A stretch of 64,000 bases of DNA, from positions 62,001-126,000 of IMG/VR virus record IMGVR_UViG_3300029984_000001. One strand, 5' to 3'. Positions 1 through 10,182 of this stretch are shown one piece after another. The notes beneath the pieces are model-generated. The model did not search any database. It worked only from the letters and a program-made list of their open reading frames with translations, and had not been told where the DNA came from. Each line of letters opens with the position of its first letter. The first letter of the stretch is position 1. The position numbers were made by a program, and so were the translations under genes.

Positions 1-269
1 GATCCTTAAGAGTAGTTCTTGGATTTAAAAATTCTATTAAAGTAGTTAAAAAGTTAATTAATCATGATAGTGAAGAAGAAATATTAAAATTCATTTCAAA
101 TTGTGATGTATTTATTGAAACTAAAATAACGGGAATATGTGACAGAGATGGAGGTTTAGAAGGATATCATACTCTTAATAAAAATAATAAATCTTGCCGT
201 ATTTCTTTTTGTTGCACTGGTATGTATATACCAAATTCTGATAATACTAAGGCTGACCCCTTGGTATGA
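1..269 (+). CDS. 3' end of hypothetical protein (truncated by window edge)
   Basis: Frame starting at base 3 is open (SLRVVLGFKN...KADPLV) to TGA at 267-269; RBS of the next gene follows. Confidence 0.6.
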   Translation, partial: SLRVVLGFKNSIKVVKKLINHDSEEEILKFISNCDVFIETKITGICDRDGGLEGYHTLNKNNKSCRISFCCTGMYIPNSDNTKADPLV

Positions 270-294
270 ATCAATAAATTAGGAGGAATTATAA

Positions 295-897
295 ATGGAT
301 AAAAAAGGACATATTTGGTATATAAATGAAGAGGGAAAATATTGTAGATTATTTGAGTTTATGGTTTATATAATTAAACCCGTGACAATATCTGATATAA
401 TTAAATTTGAATTAGATTTTGATAATGGTCAAAAATTAATAAGAGAAGTGAATGAATGTAAAATAGAAGGACCTTATATTTTAGATCAACATTGTTTTGG
501 TGACAATGAATCTATTGTAATGAAACATCATAAATTAGGTAATTTGCAAGAGATAAATAAAGAAGAAATAATATCTGGTATAAAAGAAAAAATAAATGAA
601 ATAGAAAGATTAAAAGAACTTATAACATTATCAGAAGAAATCAATATGGGTAATATTTGTACTAATAATATAATTGTTGATTTTGGAATAACTAAATGTG
701 TATTCACAGATAGCGAAATTTATTATTTACACTCAATTAATAAAATAGGAATTTCTACAGATATAGATTGTACTGGTACAAGTTTTGAATTTGATGATAT
801 TAAAGAAGGTTATAAAATCATAGTATCATATAAAGATTCAGGTAATGAATCAATATATGATGAACCTCATTTATTAGTAGAATTTATAGAAAAATAA
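295..897 (+). CDS. hypothetical protein
   Basis: 200 aa ORF with AGGAGG RBS; no recognised motif. Confidence 0.75.
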   Translation: MDKKGHIWYINEEGKYCRLFEFMVYIIKPVTISDIIKFELDFDNGQKLIREVNECKIEGPYILDQHCFGDNESIVMKHHKLGNLQEINKEEIISGIKEKINEIERLKELITLSEEINMGNICTNNIIVDFGITKCVFTDSEIYYLHSINKIGISTDIDCTGTSFEFDDIKEGYKIIVSYKDSGNESIYDEPHLLVEFIEK

Positions 898-952
898 ATA
901 TACACAAACTATATAATGTTGAGAGGTTTTCTATATATAATTTATTATTTAT

Positions 953-974
953 AAAGAGGTGTAAAAACCTCTTT
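953..974 (+). terminator. intrinsic terminator
   Basis: AAAGAGGT-gtaaaa-ACCTCTTT followed by T-tract. Confidence 0.65.
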
Positions 975-998
975 ATTTTTTAATATCCGTTATAATTA

Positions 999-1007
999 TA
1001 TATTATA
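999..1007 (+). promoter_or_regulatory. putative early-type phage promoter TATATTATA
   Basis: Same intergenic motif at 36632, 38088, 46366, 48297, 51603, 55274, 58865, 61201; resembles phiKZ-type TATATTAC early promoter. Confidence 0.6.
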
Positions 1008-1084
1008 ATATTGAGAGGGGATGATTGTATTGTGATAGTTTTATTAAATAAAATATACTTTATACTGGAGGGAGAAAAATATAA

Positions 1085-2251
1085 ATGGGAAATTTTGAGG
1101 TAAAATGCTCGTATCCTAATAATCCGAATTTTACATATGAACCCACACTAGAAGTTATTAATATGGATGAGGACAAGAAATATAATATATTATATGAGGA
1201 TGGTTTTGTTCTTAGTGGAATTCAAAGTTCATTCAAGAAAGATCTGAAGAATCCATCAGGTATTTTCTCTACTAAATTTGGACAAGGTCTAGGAGATATA
1301 AATGCGTTTGATAATAGATACAAATGTACATGTGGTAATGTTAATCAAAGAATTCATAACGGAGCTATATGTCCAGATTGTGGGACTAAAGTAAAATATG
1401 TAGATGATAATTTAAATATATTTGGTTGGATGACTGTTCAAAATTATTGGATTATACATCCTAATCTATTTAAAGCAATAGCATCATATATTTCTCCTAA
1501 GAAATTTGAAAAGATTATAGGATATGAAGAGAAGAAAGATCAAAATGGGCATAAAATAATTGTAGAATATCAACCAGATAAGGAAAAGAAAGAAGAAAGA
1601 TATTTTGGTTTAGGGTTAATAGATTTTAAAGAGAAATTTGACGAGATCATGCAGTTCTATTATACTCCTAAGAAGAAAGAAAAATATGACCACATCATGA
1701 AGAATAGAGATAAAGTATTTACACAATCTATTGCCGTGTTCTCTAGTCTCCTCAGACCTACCGAAACGACGTCTGACAAATTTATATTCGAAAGTTCTAA
1801 TGCTCAGTATCATATGATGACTAAATTAGTTACTTTATTAAACGACAAGTACATAAGGAGTTCTTACGGTAAGAAAACAAAAAATCAATTACTATATGAT
1901 TTGTGTTTAAAATATCAAGAATTATATGGAGAGATTGAAAACATATTATCTTCTAAGAAAGGACAACTAAGACAATGCTTTGGTGGTAGATCTTCTTTTT
2001 CTAATAGAGATGTAATTATTAGTAACTGGAGACTTAGAGTAGATGAATGTATACTACCATACCAAGCAATGGTTGAATTGTTACAACAACGTATTGTAAA
2101 CATATTACAAAAGATGTATAGCATTTCATATTCAGATGCTTATAGTATTTGGATGCATGGACAAATGGTTGTGGATCAAAGACTAGTAAAAATCATTAGA
2201 GATATTATTAGAGTCGATAATGGAACGAAAGTTTTGCTAAACAGGAATCCT
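1085..2251 (+). CDS. non-virion RNA polymerase beta' N-terminal subunit, exon 1
   Basis: beta' Zn ribbon CTCG...CPDC, KKGQLR..FGGRSSFS (region C); ends at LLNRNP, the NRQP motif, where the intron begins. Confidence 0.9.
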
Positions 2252-3579
2252 AAATGTGTTGGGACTTCACTATAGTAATATAGTGTCGAATAACTCTCTT
2301 AATTGCTGGGAAGTTCACAAAAGTCTATAAACCATAATCTAATAGAGAAATGGTTACGAAAGTAGAAACAATATATAGACCTGTTCTAAGCTGAAATAAA
2401 AGCTTTAGGGAATCTAAAGTGCTAAGGAATATTAACAAGGAATAATCAGCAGGAATAATTAAAATATTAATTTAGAAATGTGTGTAATAAAATAATAACT
2501 AAAAGAGGTGATAAAATTTGAATCAATTTATGTATAGAGTACCACCATTAATAGAAGAATGGAGAAGAGTATCAGATTATATTCCTTATGTAAAACCATA
2601 TTATTTAGTGAGTAATTACGGGAAGGTTTATAGTGAATTTAGTATGTGTAATATGAATTTGACTAATGTGGGTAGAGGATATGAAAAAATAAAATTAGCA
2701 TGTATAAACGGATTCCAAGATTTTCTTATTCATAGATTAGTAATGATGTGTTTCAATCCAATAGAAAACCCTGAATCATATCAAGTAAATCATATGCTTG
2801 GTATAAAAACAATTAATGAAACATGTGTTCTAGAATGGTGTAATAATAGTGAGAATGGTTTACATTCATATAGAATGGGGTTAAGAAAACAAGGAGAAGA
2901 ACATGATTGGGCTAAATTGGATAACAATACAGTACATAAAATATGTCAAGCTTTACAAGAGAGAATGAACTATAAAGATGTATGTAATTTTGCTGGAATA
3001 GGTTATGATGAAAAGATGAAAGATATTATATCTTCAATTAAAAATAAGAAAATATGGAAATCTATATCATGTCTATATAATATTCCAGAATCCAGTAGAA
3101 ATGATCAACTATTCTCTGATAATGAAGCACATACTATATGCAAGTATATGGAAACTAATATGAATAATAAGGAAATATTAAAAAACATGGGATTTGATAT
3201 AAACAATCAAGATAAAAATAAGAAGGGAAGTTTATATAGAACTTTAAATAGAATAAGAAGTAAAGATAGATACACACACATTTCTAAAGATTATAATTTT
3301 TAATTATTCTTCAACGACTATCGAAAGCTATATACTAAGACAATATTCTTAGTTGAAAATAAGGTATGTATTAATAGTATATACACGAAGCAAGTAGAGT
3401 AGAGCCTAAGTTATTGAGGTGGAGGTTTTCAGTAATAATGATATAATCCCTCCTTAAATCGAACAAGGGAGTTGCCTATATATTTTGATATAGGTAAATT
3501 ATATAGTCTAGTATCCTACTTAACAGTAGGGAAGTTTATAAAGGAACTGTACTATTTAACGAATAGTATGAATGTAACG
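2252..3579 (+). mobile_element. group I intron (phage IA2-like) in RNAP beta' gene
   Basis: Exon ends in U (cct) pairing with IGS gggacttc; P aattgctgggaa, Q aatcagcagg, R tcaacgacta, S atatagtct; terminal G at 3579; splicing restores NRNP|TIAYGSI. Confidence 0.9.
2518..3303 (+). CDS. intron-encoded HNH homing endonuclease (NUMOD4/HNH-type)
   Basis: YLVSNYGKVYS, HRLVM, VNHMLGIKTIN...LEWC..SEN; lies in the P6 loop of the intron. Confidence 0.85.
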   Translation: MNQFMYRVPPLIEEWRRVSDYIPYVKPYYLVSNYGKVYSEFSMCNMNLTNVGRGYEKIKLACINGFQDFLIHRLVMMCFNPIENPESYQVNHMLGIKTINETCVLEWCNNSENGLHSYRMGLRKQGEEHDWAKLDNNTVHKICQALQERMNYKDVCNFAGIGYDEKMKDIISSIKNKKIWKSISCLYNIPESSRNDQLFSDNEAHTICKYMETNMNNKEILKNMGFDINNQDKNKKGSLYRTLNRIRSKDRYTHISKDYNF

Positions 3580-3918
3580 ACCATAGCATATGGAAGTATA
3601 CTTTATAGTAAAGTAATAGATATTTCGTTCGATTACTCATTACAAATCCCATTAGGTATATTAGGCTTATTAGCGGCAGACTTCGATGGTGATGTATTGA
3701 ATGTTTTATTGATTATCAATGAAGAATTCAGAGTACAAGCAGAAAGAATATTAAGTGCAAGAAACGCAATGTTCATTTCAAAGAATGATGGTAAACTTGC
3801 ATCGAATATGATAGCAAATAAAGATACTACTATAAATATAAATAGTTTAATATCTATGTCTAGAACTAACTACACCCAAGATCAAATAGACCAAATAAAC
3901 AGATTAAAAGCAATGTAG
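3580..3918 (+). CDS. RNA polymerase beta' N-terminal subunit, exon 2
   Basis: Catalytic ADFDGD motif; spliced product 389+112 = 501 aa. Confidence 0.9.
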   Translation, partial: TIAYGSILYSKVIDISFDYSLQIPLGILGLLAADFDGDVLNVLLIINEEFRVQAERILSARNAMFISKNDGKLASNMIANKDTTININSLISMSRTNYTQDQIDQINRLKAM

Positions 3919-3921
3919 TAA

Positions 3922-3946
3922 ATAGAGAGGAATAATTCCTCTCTAT
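3922..3946 (+). terminator. stem-loop terminator
   Basis: ATAGAGAGGAA-taa-TTCCTCTCTAT. Confidence 0.6.
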
Positions 3947-3974
3947 AATTTTAAAGAAAGAAGGTAATAAATAA

Positions 3975-4805
3975 ATGAAACAATTTATGACTTGAGATCC
4001 AGAAATAGAAAAGACTCACCCAAGAATAGGAGAATCTAATACCAGTACCAATAATACTTATATGCAAATAAATAGATATAAAAATTGTGATAATATTGGA
4101 GTGAAAATGATATCCATATTACCCAACGATGATATCAAATATTTTCAAAAAGAAAAATGTAAATACGAACACTTTAGAGATGGTGCTGTAAAATATCCTT
4201 ATGATAAATCTGTTGTAAGTATTGGTTATTTAGGAGAAGGTATATATAATCCGCAAAATCAACCTAGAGCTTATAATATATGGAAACACATGTTAACTAG
4301 ATGCGATTTCTCCTACAATACAAAAAGACCTACATATGAAACATCAATTCCAGATCCATATTTTCAATCTTTTCAAAATTTTGCAGAATGGTATAACTGT
4401 AATTATTATGAATTCCCAAATGAAAGAATGGACTTAGATAAAGATATTCTTTGTAAGAGAAACAAAATATATCATCCTAATTTATGTATATTTGTACCTC
4501 AATATATAAATACACTTGTAATAGGATGTGATAGTAAAAGAGGAGAGCTTCCTATAGGAGTTCAATTTGATAAAGGTAATTCAATCAATTCTTACATTAC
4601 TAAAGTAAGTGTAAATGGTGTTCAGAAATACTTAGGTTCTTATCCAACTCCAGAAGAAGCTTTTAATGTTTATAAAATTGCTAAAGAAGAAGAGATTAAA
4701 AGAATTGCTAATCTTTATTGGTTTGAAAAAGGTGGTAAAGACATTCCACAATTCGAGAAAGTTTATTTAGCTTTATTAGGTTATCAAGTAGAAATTACAG
4801 ATTAA
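3975..4805 (+). pseudogene. free-standing homing endonuclease-like gene (HNH-variant + AP2-like C-terminus) with in-frame TGA at codon 7
   Basis: ATG 3975 MKQFMT*DPEIEKTHPRIGE is in frame with ORF 4062 and aligns to the N-terminus of paralog 57594; DLDKDIL..NKIY.P..C.FVP and LGSYPTPEEAF motifs. Confidence 0.7.
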
Positions 4806-4825
4806 ATAATAGGAGGAAATTATAT

Positions 4826-5020
4826 ATGGATGCTATGTCAGTAAGAAAAGGGACAATTTTATTTAAACCTAAAACTGATTTTAAAATCAGATATGTTATT
4901 ATAGATTATGATACTAATTATATTTATTGTATAGATCTAAATGGAAAAAATAAAAATATAAGACCTGTAATCAAATTCTCATATACAGAATGTGATGAAA
5001 AAGGTTTAATCAAAGAATAA
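4826..5020 (+). CDS. hypothetical protein
   Basis: 64 aa ORF with AGGAGG RBS. Confidence 0.65.
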   Translation: MDAMSVRKGTILFKPKTDFKIRYVIIDYDTNYIYCIDLNGKNKNIRPVIKFSYTECDEKGLIKE

Positions 5021-5038
5021 AAATAGGGGGTATTAAAT

Positions 5039-5686
5039 ATGGATCACAAAACAAAAAGAGTTAATATAAATGGAGAGTTAGTTGATATAGATAATAATAT
5101 AGTAGAGTTAGTTTTACTATTAAATAATCATACAGACTTAAAAACACAATATTCTTGTGAGAATCTAAATGAGTCTGGTAGAATTCAAATAATGTTACGA
5201 CCTTCTGTAACAGATAGACAAGTATATGATTTCTTTAAAGAACATTCATGGTTACTTAAACATTGTGAAATAGTTAAGAGATTAAAGAGATATGATAGAA
5301 ATAATAATCTTGTAATGCAATGGATTATGTATATAGATTTATCTAACTATAATTTATTATTAGATAGAATGTATATTGCTCTTACTGATAAAATATTTTA
5401 TTACAATGCTTTTGTATATGATTATTCAGAAAATCCAATAGAGACTAAAATGGTTATTGGGTTGGGTTTAGATTATGAACAAAAAGAATATAATAGAGAA
5501 GAATTATTAAATGATATTATATCTAAACTCGATCTACAAGGTTATAAAGATAAAATTTGGATTGTTAAAATGAATAAATTATATTATGTCAGATTTAATG
5601 ATAAATGGTTTAATTCTAGTACTTTAAAAAATATGACAGAATTTATTAAAGATAATAGAAAGATATATTTAAAAGTAATTAAATAA
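5039..5686 (+). CDS. hypothetical protein
   Basis: 215 aa ORF with RBS; N-terminal D..I..LV..LN....T.YSC motif common in phage proteins. Confidence 0.7.
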   Translation: MDHKTKRVNINGELVDIDNNIVELVLLLNNHTDLKTQYSCENLNESGRIQIMLRPSVTDRQVYDFFKEHSWLLKHCEIVKRLKRYDRNNNLVMQWIMYIDLSNYNLLLDRMYIALTDKIFYYNAFVYDYSENPIETKMVIGLGLDYEQKEYNREELLNDIISKLDLQGYKDKIWIVKMNKLYYVRFNDKWFNSSTLKNMTEFIKDNRKIYLKVIK

Positions 5687-5704
5687 TATAATAGGGGTTT
5701 ATAA

Positions 5705-6048
5705 ATGAATAATATACAAAGTAAATTATGGGATATGAATATAACTTTAGACGAATTAATAAAATTAAATCTAAAATGTAAAGTAGATAGAAATTATAAA
5801 GCACATAAACATGATGATTGTTTTAATGGATATTGTGTATATGTAAAACATCCTGAAGATAGTGTTAATACTTGTAGAACAATGATTGGGATTACTAGAG
5901 ATGGTTTACTTATTTAGGAACTGGTGAACCTGATAAAGATTATCCAATGGAAGATATATCAGAAGTATTAGGAGAAATGACTTTATTTCGTGATTGGTTA
6001 TTGAGAAAAGAAATTAATGAAAATAAAGTTAAATATTATTTAATATAA
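5705..6048 (+). pseudogene. hypothetical gene with probable 1-nt frameshift near 5905
   Basis: ORF stops at 5917 but another frame continues (TYLGTGEPDKDYPMED...YYLI) to 6048, right before the next RBS. Confidence 0.45.
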
Positions 6049-6064
6049 TAGGGAGTGTGTTATA

Positions 6065-6760
6065 ATGGAAGGAAATTTATATATTAAAAAGAATAGTTTT
6101 GATAAATCTATTTATGAGAAACATGAAGAAGGTGGAAAAATAACACTTGAAAAGTATTTGTATTATGATGATAAACAAAGACTAATAAAGACTGTACATT
6201 TACATCCTACTAATAATGTATATACTAATGAATTCTTTGAATCAGAAGAATTTAACATGTTACAAACATTACATATTTATAGAAAAAATGGTATGCCTAT
6301 AAGCAAATCAAAAACTAGAGTAGATAAGAATTGTATAAAGAGATATGATGATAGATTTGAATATAATATTAAGAGTAAAGAATGGGAATTTAAAAGAGTA
6401 GAAGAACGTAATGAATTAGACTTATTAACATACGAAAAGACTGATTATGGAACTGATATACAAAAAGAATATAATCCAGAAGGATTTATTATTATGGAAC
6501 ATAATGTATCTAAAGATACTATAAAGAAATATCTATATGATCATAAAAACAGATTAGTAAAAGAAATACATAATAATGGATATGAACAGGTTATTTATTT
6601 TGATGATAATGGTGGAGTTAGATATAGTAAAACTATTAGTGAAAATGGAAATACTTATGAATTTAAAATAGAAAATTGTATAATAGATGGAAAAAAATAT
6701 AAAAGGGAAATAAATACTTATTCTAGTGGTAATACGACGATTATAGAAACTGAATTATAA
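6065..6760 (+). CDS. YD/RHS-like beta-repeat protein
   Basis: Repeats YYDDKQRLIK, YNPEGFII, YDHKNRLVKE, FDDNGGV. Confidence 0.55.
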   Translation: MEGNLYIKKNSFDKSIYEKHEEGGKITLEKYLYYDDKQRLIKTVHLHPTNNVYTNEFFESEEFNMLQTLHIYRKNGMPISKSKTRVDKNCIKRYDDRFEYNIKSKEWEFKRVEERNELDLLTYEKTDYGTDIQKEYNPEGFIIMEHNVSKDTIKKYLYDHKNRLVKEIHNNGYEQVIYFDDNGGVRYSKTISENGNTYEFKIENCIIDGKKYKREINTYSSGNTTIIETEL

Positions 6761-6764
6761 GGAG

Positions 6765-7247
6765 ATGATAAATATGGGTAAATTTTGGGATATTCTAAAA
6801 AAGAGACAAAATAATAGTATACATAATATTTATAATAGTATATATAATAAAATGAACATAAATCACGAGGAACTTCTAAAGGTAGAGTTCTGTATTAATA
6901 TGGCTAAGGGTAATGATTATTATAGAGACTCTGTTGTAATAAAGTCAGAGTATACAAATGATAATCATATGGAAGTAATTAAGTTTAAAGATAAATATAC
7001 AGTCATAAAAATGTATAATAACTATGATACTGGAAAATGGCAGTCTTGTTACATATTAGATAGAGAGATAAACAGAATGGTATTTACAAGTGAAGATCCT
7101 GATGTTGGGTCAATCAATTTATTCGACGAATATAACAATCAAAAGGTAGTTATAGTATCTTTATTAGTGGAAAAACTTTTACATAGTGTATTATCGGTAT
7201 ATGATATTACACACTCTAAACAACTTTACATAAAATCTATAATATAA
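6765..7247 (+). CDS. hypothetical protein
   Basis: ORF track; RBS AAGGAG. Confidence 0.7.
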   Translation: MINMGKFWDILKKRQNNSIHNIYNSIYNKMNINHEELLKVEFCINMAKGNDYYRDSVVIKSEYTNDNHMEVIKFKDKYTVIKMYNNYDTGKWQSCYILDREINRMVFTSEDPDVGSINLFDEYNNQKVVIVSLLVEKLLHSVLSVYDITHSKQLYIKSII

Positions 7248-7261
7248 AGGAGATATATGAT

Positions 7262-7825
7262 ATGATAGATATAGAAAATTTGATTATGAAAACATTTACA
7301 TATACAGTAGAAGATATTAAAAATGGATATGTATTAGAAGATGAAATAGAAAAATATATAAAAGAAAAATATTATAATGAAAGAAAAAGATATATACAAA
7401 AATATATGAATAGTATAGATTCTTTATCATTTTTTGATTCTGTTATTCAATGTACAATAATGTTTCAATGTATAGAATTAGATTGGTATGAAAATGAAAA
7501 AATAGAAACAGACATAGATTCTGATTATAAATTTGTGATTAGACATTTCAATACAGACTTATGTTACTTTTATGGTAATAGGAAAATCGAGTATAATCAT
7601 CTATCTATCAATATAAATGGTCAATTATTCGATTCAGCATTATTAACAACAGGTAAATATGATAAAGCATGGTGTGAATTAATTAAATTGTCTGGAGAAT
7701 TTTTATATCCTAATAAAGTAGTATCAGAACAAATAGTAGAAGAAAAATTAGTTTACTTATTATCAAGGTCTGTTTCAGATCAAAAATTTATTAGATTAAA
7801 TAGTATAGAAGAATTTAAAGAATAA
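7262..7825 (+). CDS. hypothetical protein
   Basis: ORF track; RBS AAAGGAG; followed by hairpin terminator. Confidence 0.7.
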   Translation: MIDIENLIMKTFTYTVEDIKNGYVLEDEIEKYIKEKYYNERKRYIQKYMNSIDSLSFFDSVIQCTIMFQCIELDWYENEKIETDIDSDYKFVIRHFNTDLCYFYGNRKIEYNHLSININGQLFDSALLTTGKYDKAWCELIKLSGEFLYPNKVVSEQIVEEKLVYLLSRSVSDQKFIRLNSIEEFKE

Positions 7826-7864
7826 AACTAAAAGGGATATTAATCCCTTTTATTTTTTATGAAA

Positions 7865-7876
7865 AACATTAGAATA
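7865..7876 (+). promoter_or_regulatory. AR9-type late promoter AACA-N6-TA
   Basis: AACAttagaaTA directly upstream of 7888. Confidence 0.65.
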
Positions 7877-7887
7877 ATAGAAAGGAA

Positions 7888-9213
7888 GTGTTATATTTGA
7901 TAGATAAAAATAGATTTAAAGTAGTCACTATAAAGGATATAAAAGAAGAATCAAAAAAAGAAAAACTAAAAGAATTACATAGTTATAATTTAAATGCTTC
8001 TTTATCAATACCTTCTGTTGTTAATGGATATAGTCTTGGAGTCGGATTAATAAAGAAATGGTTCTTCAATAGAATAAAAGAATCTTATTTTAAATATTGG
8101 ACAGTGGATGAATCTAATTATAATTCAGCTTTTGATAGAGCAGAACAATATAAAAATTTTAAAATACAAAAACCGTCTTTACTAATAACTCCTAGAGTTG
8201 ATACACAATGGAATAGAGAAGGATTAGATAATAACTTATTCGGAGTGAATACATATCTAAGAAGAAAAGTTGTAGAAAATTCTTTTTTTAAAGATCCTAT
8301 AAATAATATTTATTTAGATATGGATACAGAACAATTAAGAATAAATTTTACCTTTAGAGTGAGAGTATCATCTAGATCACATCAACTAAACTTATTAAAA
8401 ACAATGAATATGAAATGTAGAATAGGAGCTACAGAAACAGATTATCAAGATATGGATTTTCATATACCATTTGATTTGATGTGTCAAATAGCAAAAGATG
8501 TAGGTTATAAAGTTATAGATAATAAGATAGAAAATATGCAAGGTTTTATATCTTATTTAAATCAACATTCACAGATGCCTATATTATATAGATATAGAAA
8601 GATAAATGCTAAATATGAATTCTTTTTAAGAATGAAGCAGGTATATACCCATATAGATTGTAGAGATCAATTGGATGCTGATGATGGAGAACAATTAGAA
8701 CAAACCAAAACCAATTATATAATAACAATGAATTGTGTTTTAGATATGGAGATTCCTAAATTTTATGCTTATTGTTCTAAGAATAGTCATATTTTTAATA
8801 TCGATTCAGTTCATGAATATACAATACCTGTTAACACAATTCAATTCCCAGATATAAAAGATGTAAATGAAAAAGGTTGGAATAAATATTATGAAATTGA
8901 TATAGAAGAAGATGATTTAAATAAACCTTTAGCTTTCAACTTTGAAGAATTATTCTTAGAAGAAACAGGAGATATATCTATTATCAAGAATATCATAGAT
9001 CATAATAATGAGTGCTATATATCACCTTCTGTATTTATTGAGATGAAATTGTATAATAATGGTCAAGAAGTAGATTATACAATAAATTGGAAAAACTTCA
9101 CTATAGAGTCCAATAATTTACTTTTAAGCCATATTACACATATAGTCATGTATTTAGATAGGAAATATATAAATGACTATAAAATCAATATGGACATGCT
9201 GTCAGATAGCTAA
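7888..9213 (+). CDS. putative virion structural protein
   Basis: 441 aa, preceded by late-type promoter; no enzymatic motif. Confidence 0.55.
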   Translation: MLYLIDKNRFKVVTIKDIKEESKKEKLKELHSYNLNASLSIPSVVNGYSLGVGLIKKWFFNRIKESYFKYWTVDESNYNSAFDRAEQYKNFKIQKPSLLITPRVDTQWNREGLDNNLFGVNTYLRRKVVENSFFKDPINNIYLDMDTEQLRINFTFRVRVSSRSHQLNLLKTMNMKCRIGATETDYQDMDFHIPFDLMCQIAKDVGYKVIDNKIENMQGFISYLNQHSQMPILYRYRKINAKYEFFLRMKQVYTHIDCRDQLDADDGEQLEQTKTNYIITMNCVLDMEIPKFYAYCSKNSHIFNIDSVHEYTIPVNTIQFPDIKDVNEKGWNKYYEIDIEEDDLNKPLAFNFEELFLEETGDISIIKNIIDHNNECYISPSVFIEMKLYNNGQEVDYTINWKNFTIESNNLLLSHITHIVMYLDRKYINDYKINMDMLSDS

Positions 9214-9301
9214 AACATTATATCTGAGAACAATAAATAATAAAATAGTATTATATATTTAACTTCATAGTGAAAATAAATATATAAGGAGATGTTGTAT
9301 T

Positions 9302-9553
9302 ATGGAATTAATAATAGTATCTGAAAATACAGTTAATAAAGAGGTTTATTTAGGTGGCAAAAAAATAAATATTTATGATTTTGGTGAATTATCAAGAACA
9401 AATAGAATAGCTACAAACTTTAAAATGTCAGAATTGAATTTCATACCAAAGGTTCATACTGATGAAGTGTTGTATAAATATGGTATTGATGAAGAGATGT
9501 ATAAAAAGATCTGTAAGAATTTAGTTGAAAATATCAAATCAATCCTTTATTAA
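9302..9553 (+). CDS. hypothetical protein
   Basis: 83 aa ORF with RBS AAGGAG. Confidence 0.65.
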   Translation: MELIIVSENTVNKEVYLGGKKINIYDFGELSRTNRIATNFKMSELNFIPKVHTDEVLYKYGIDEEMYKKICKNLVENIKSILY

Positions 9554-9591
9554 TAAATCTTTCTTGTATATTTATAAAAATGGGGTGAAAT

Positions 9592-9614
9592 TCAGAAGGG
9601 AAATTCCCTTCTGA
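9592..9614. terminator. bidirectional terminator
   Basis: TCAGAAGGGAA-a-TTCCCTTCTGA between convergent genes. Confidence 0.6.
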
Positions 9615-9618
9615 GTTT

Positions 9619-10077
9619 TTATAATTCTTTACTTATATCAGTAGTTTTTATCTCTTCATCCGTATCATCAAAAGTGCATTCTTTTTCCATAAGTTGTTTT
9701 TTCTTTTCTTTGATTATATTGCTTATATTGAAATCATCCAAATCCATTTCAAATAATCTTAATATTGTACATTTTATTTCTTCTTTAGTAATTCTACCTA
9801 ATAATGAATCTTTAAAATAATCATCTTCTTGTATTTCATTGTAAAATCTATCACCTACCATATCAGCCAATTTCATCTTAAAAGCATCATCAGATATATC
9901 TTTTATAGATAATATCTCAACTGTTTCTGTAGCCAGTATTGTAATTAAACGTGAATATTCTATAATTAATTCTAGAGTAGTTTTAGAACCACCTTTTTTT
10001 ACTTTATAGATATAACCTCCTGCTGTAATACCACAAACTAGAATAATAGAAATAAATATCAATACATTAATGTCCAT
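9619..10077 (-). CDS. membrane protein, possible holin
   Basis: N-terminal TM helix followed by basic residues; helical acidic tail. Confidence 0.5.
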   Translation of the reverse strand: MDINVLIFISIILVCGITAGGYIYKVKKGGSKTTLELIIEYSRLITILATETVEILSIKDISDDAFKMKLADMVGDRFYNEIQEDDYFKDSLLGRITKEEIKCTILRLFEMDLDDFNISNIIKEKKKQLMEKECTFDDTDEEIKTTDISKEL

Positions 10078-10182
10078 AATTATAACATCTCCTTTTATTT
10101 TTAATTATTCTAAAGTTTCTATAATTATTTTTTAATCAAAAGTAAACTAATATTTAAATACAATAAATGGAGGTAATGATAA

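Noticed and set aside
3472-3579. ORF-track start of a 148 aa protein
   Set aside because: This stretch is the intron 3' end (S element, P9); true exon 2 starts at 3580
3993-3995. Stop-codon reassignment (TGA or TAG read as sense)
   Set aside because: Single case; TGA and TAG end other genes at expected positions (30041, 31344, 33235, 42654) and coding density is high under the standard code
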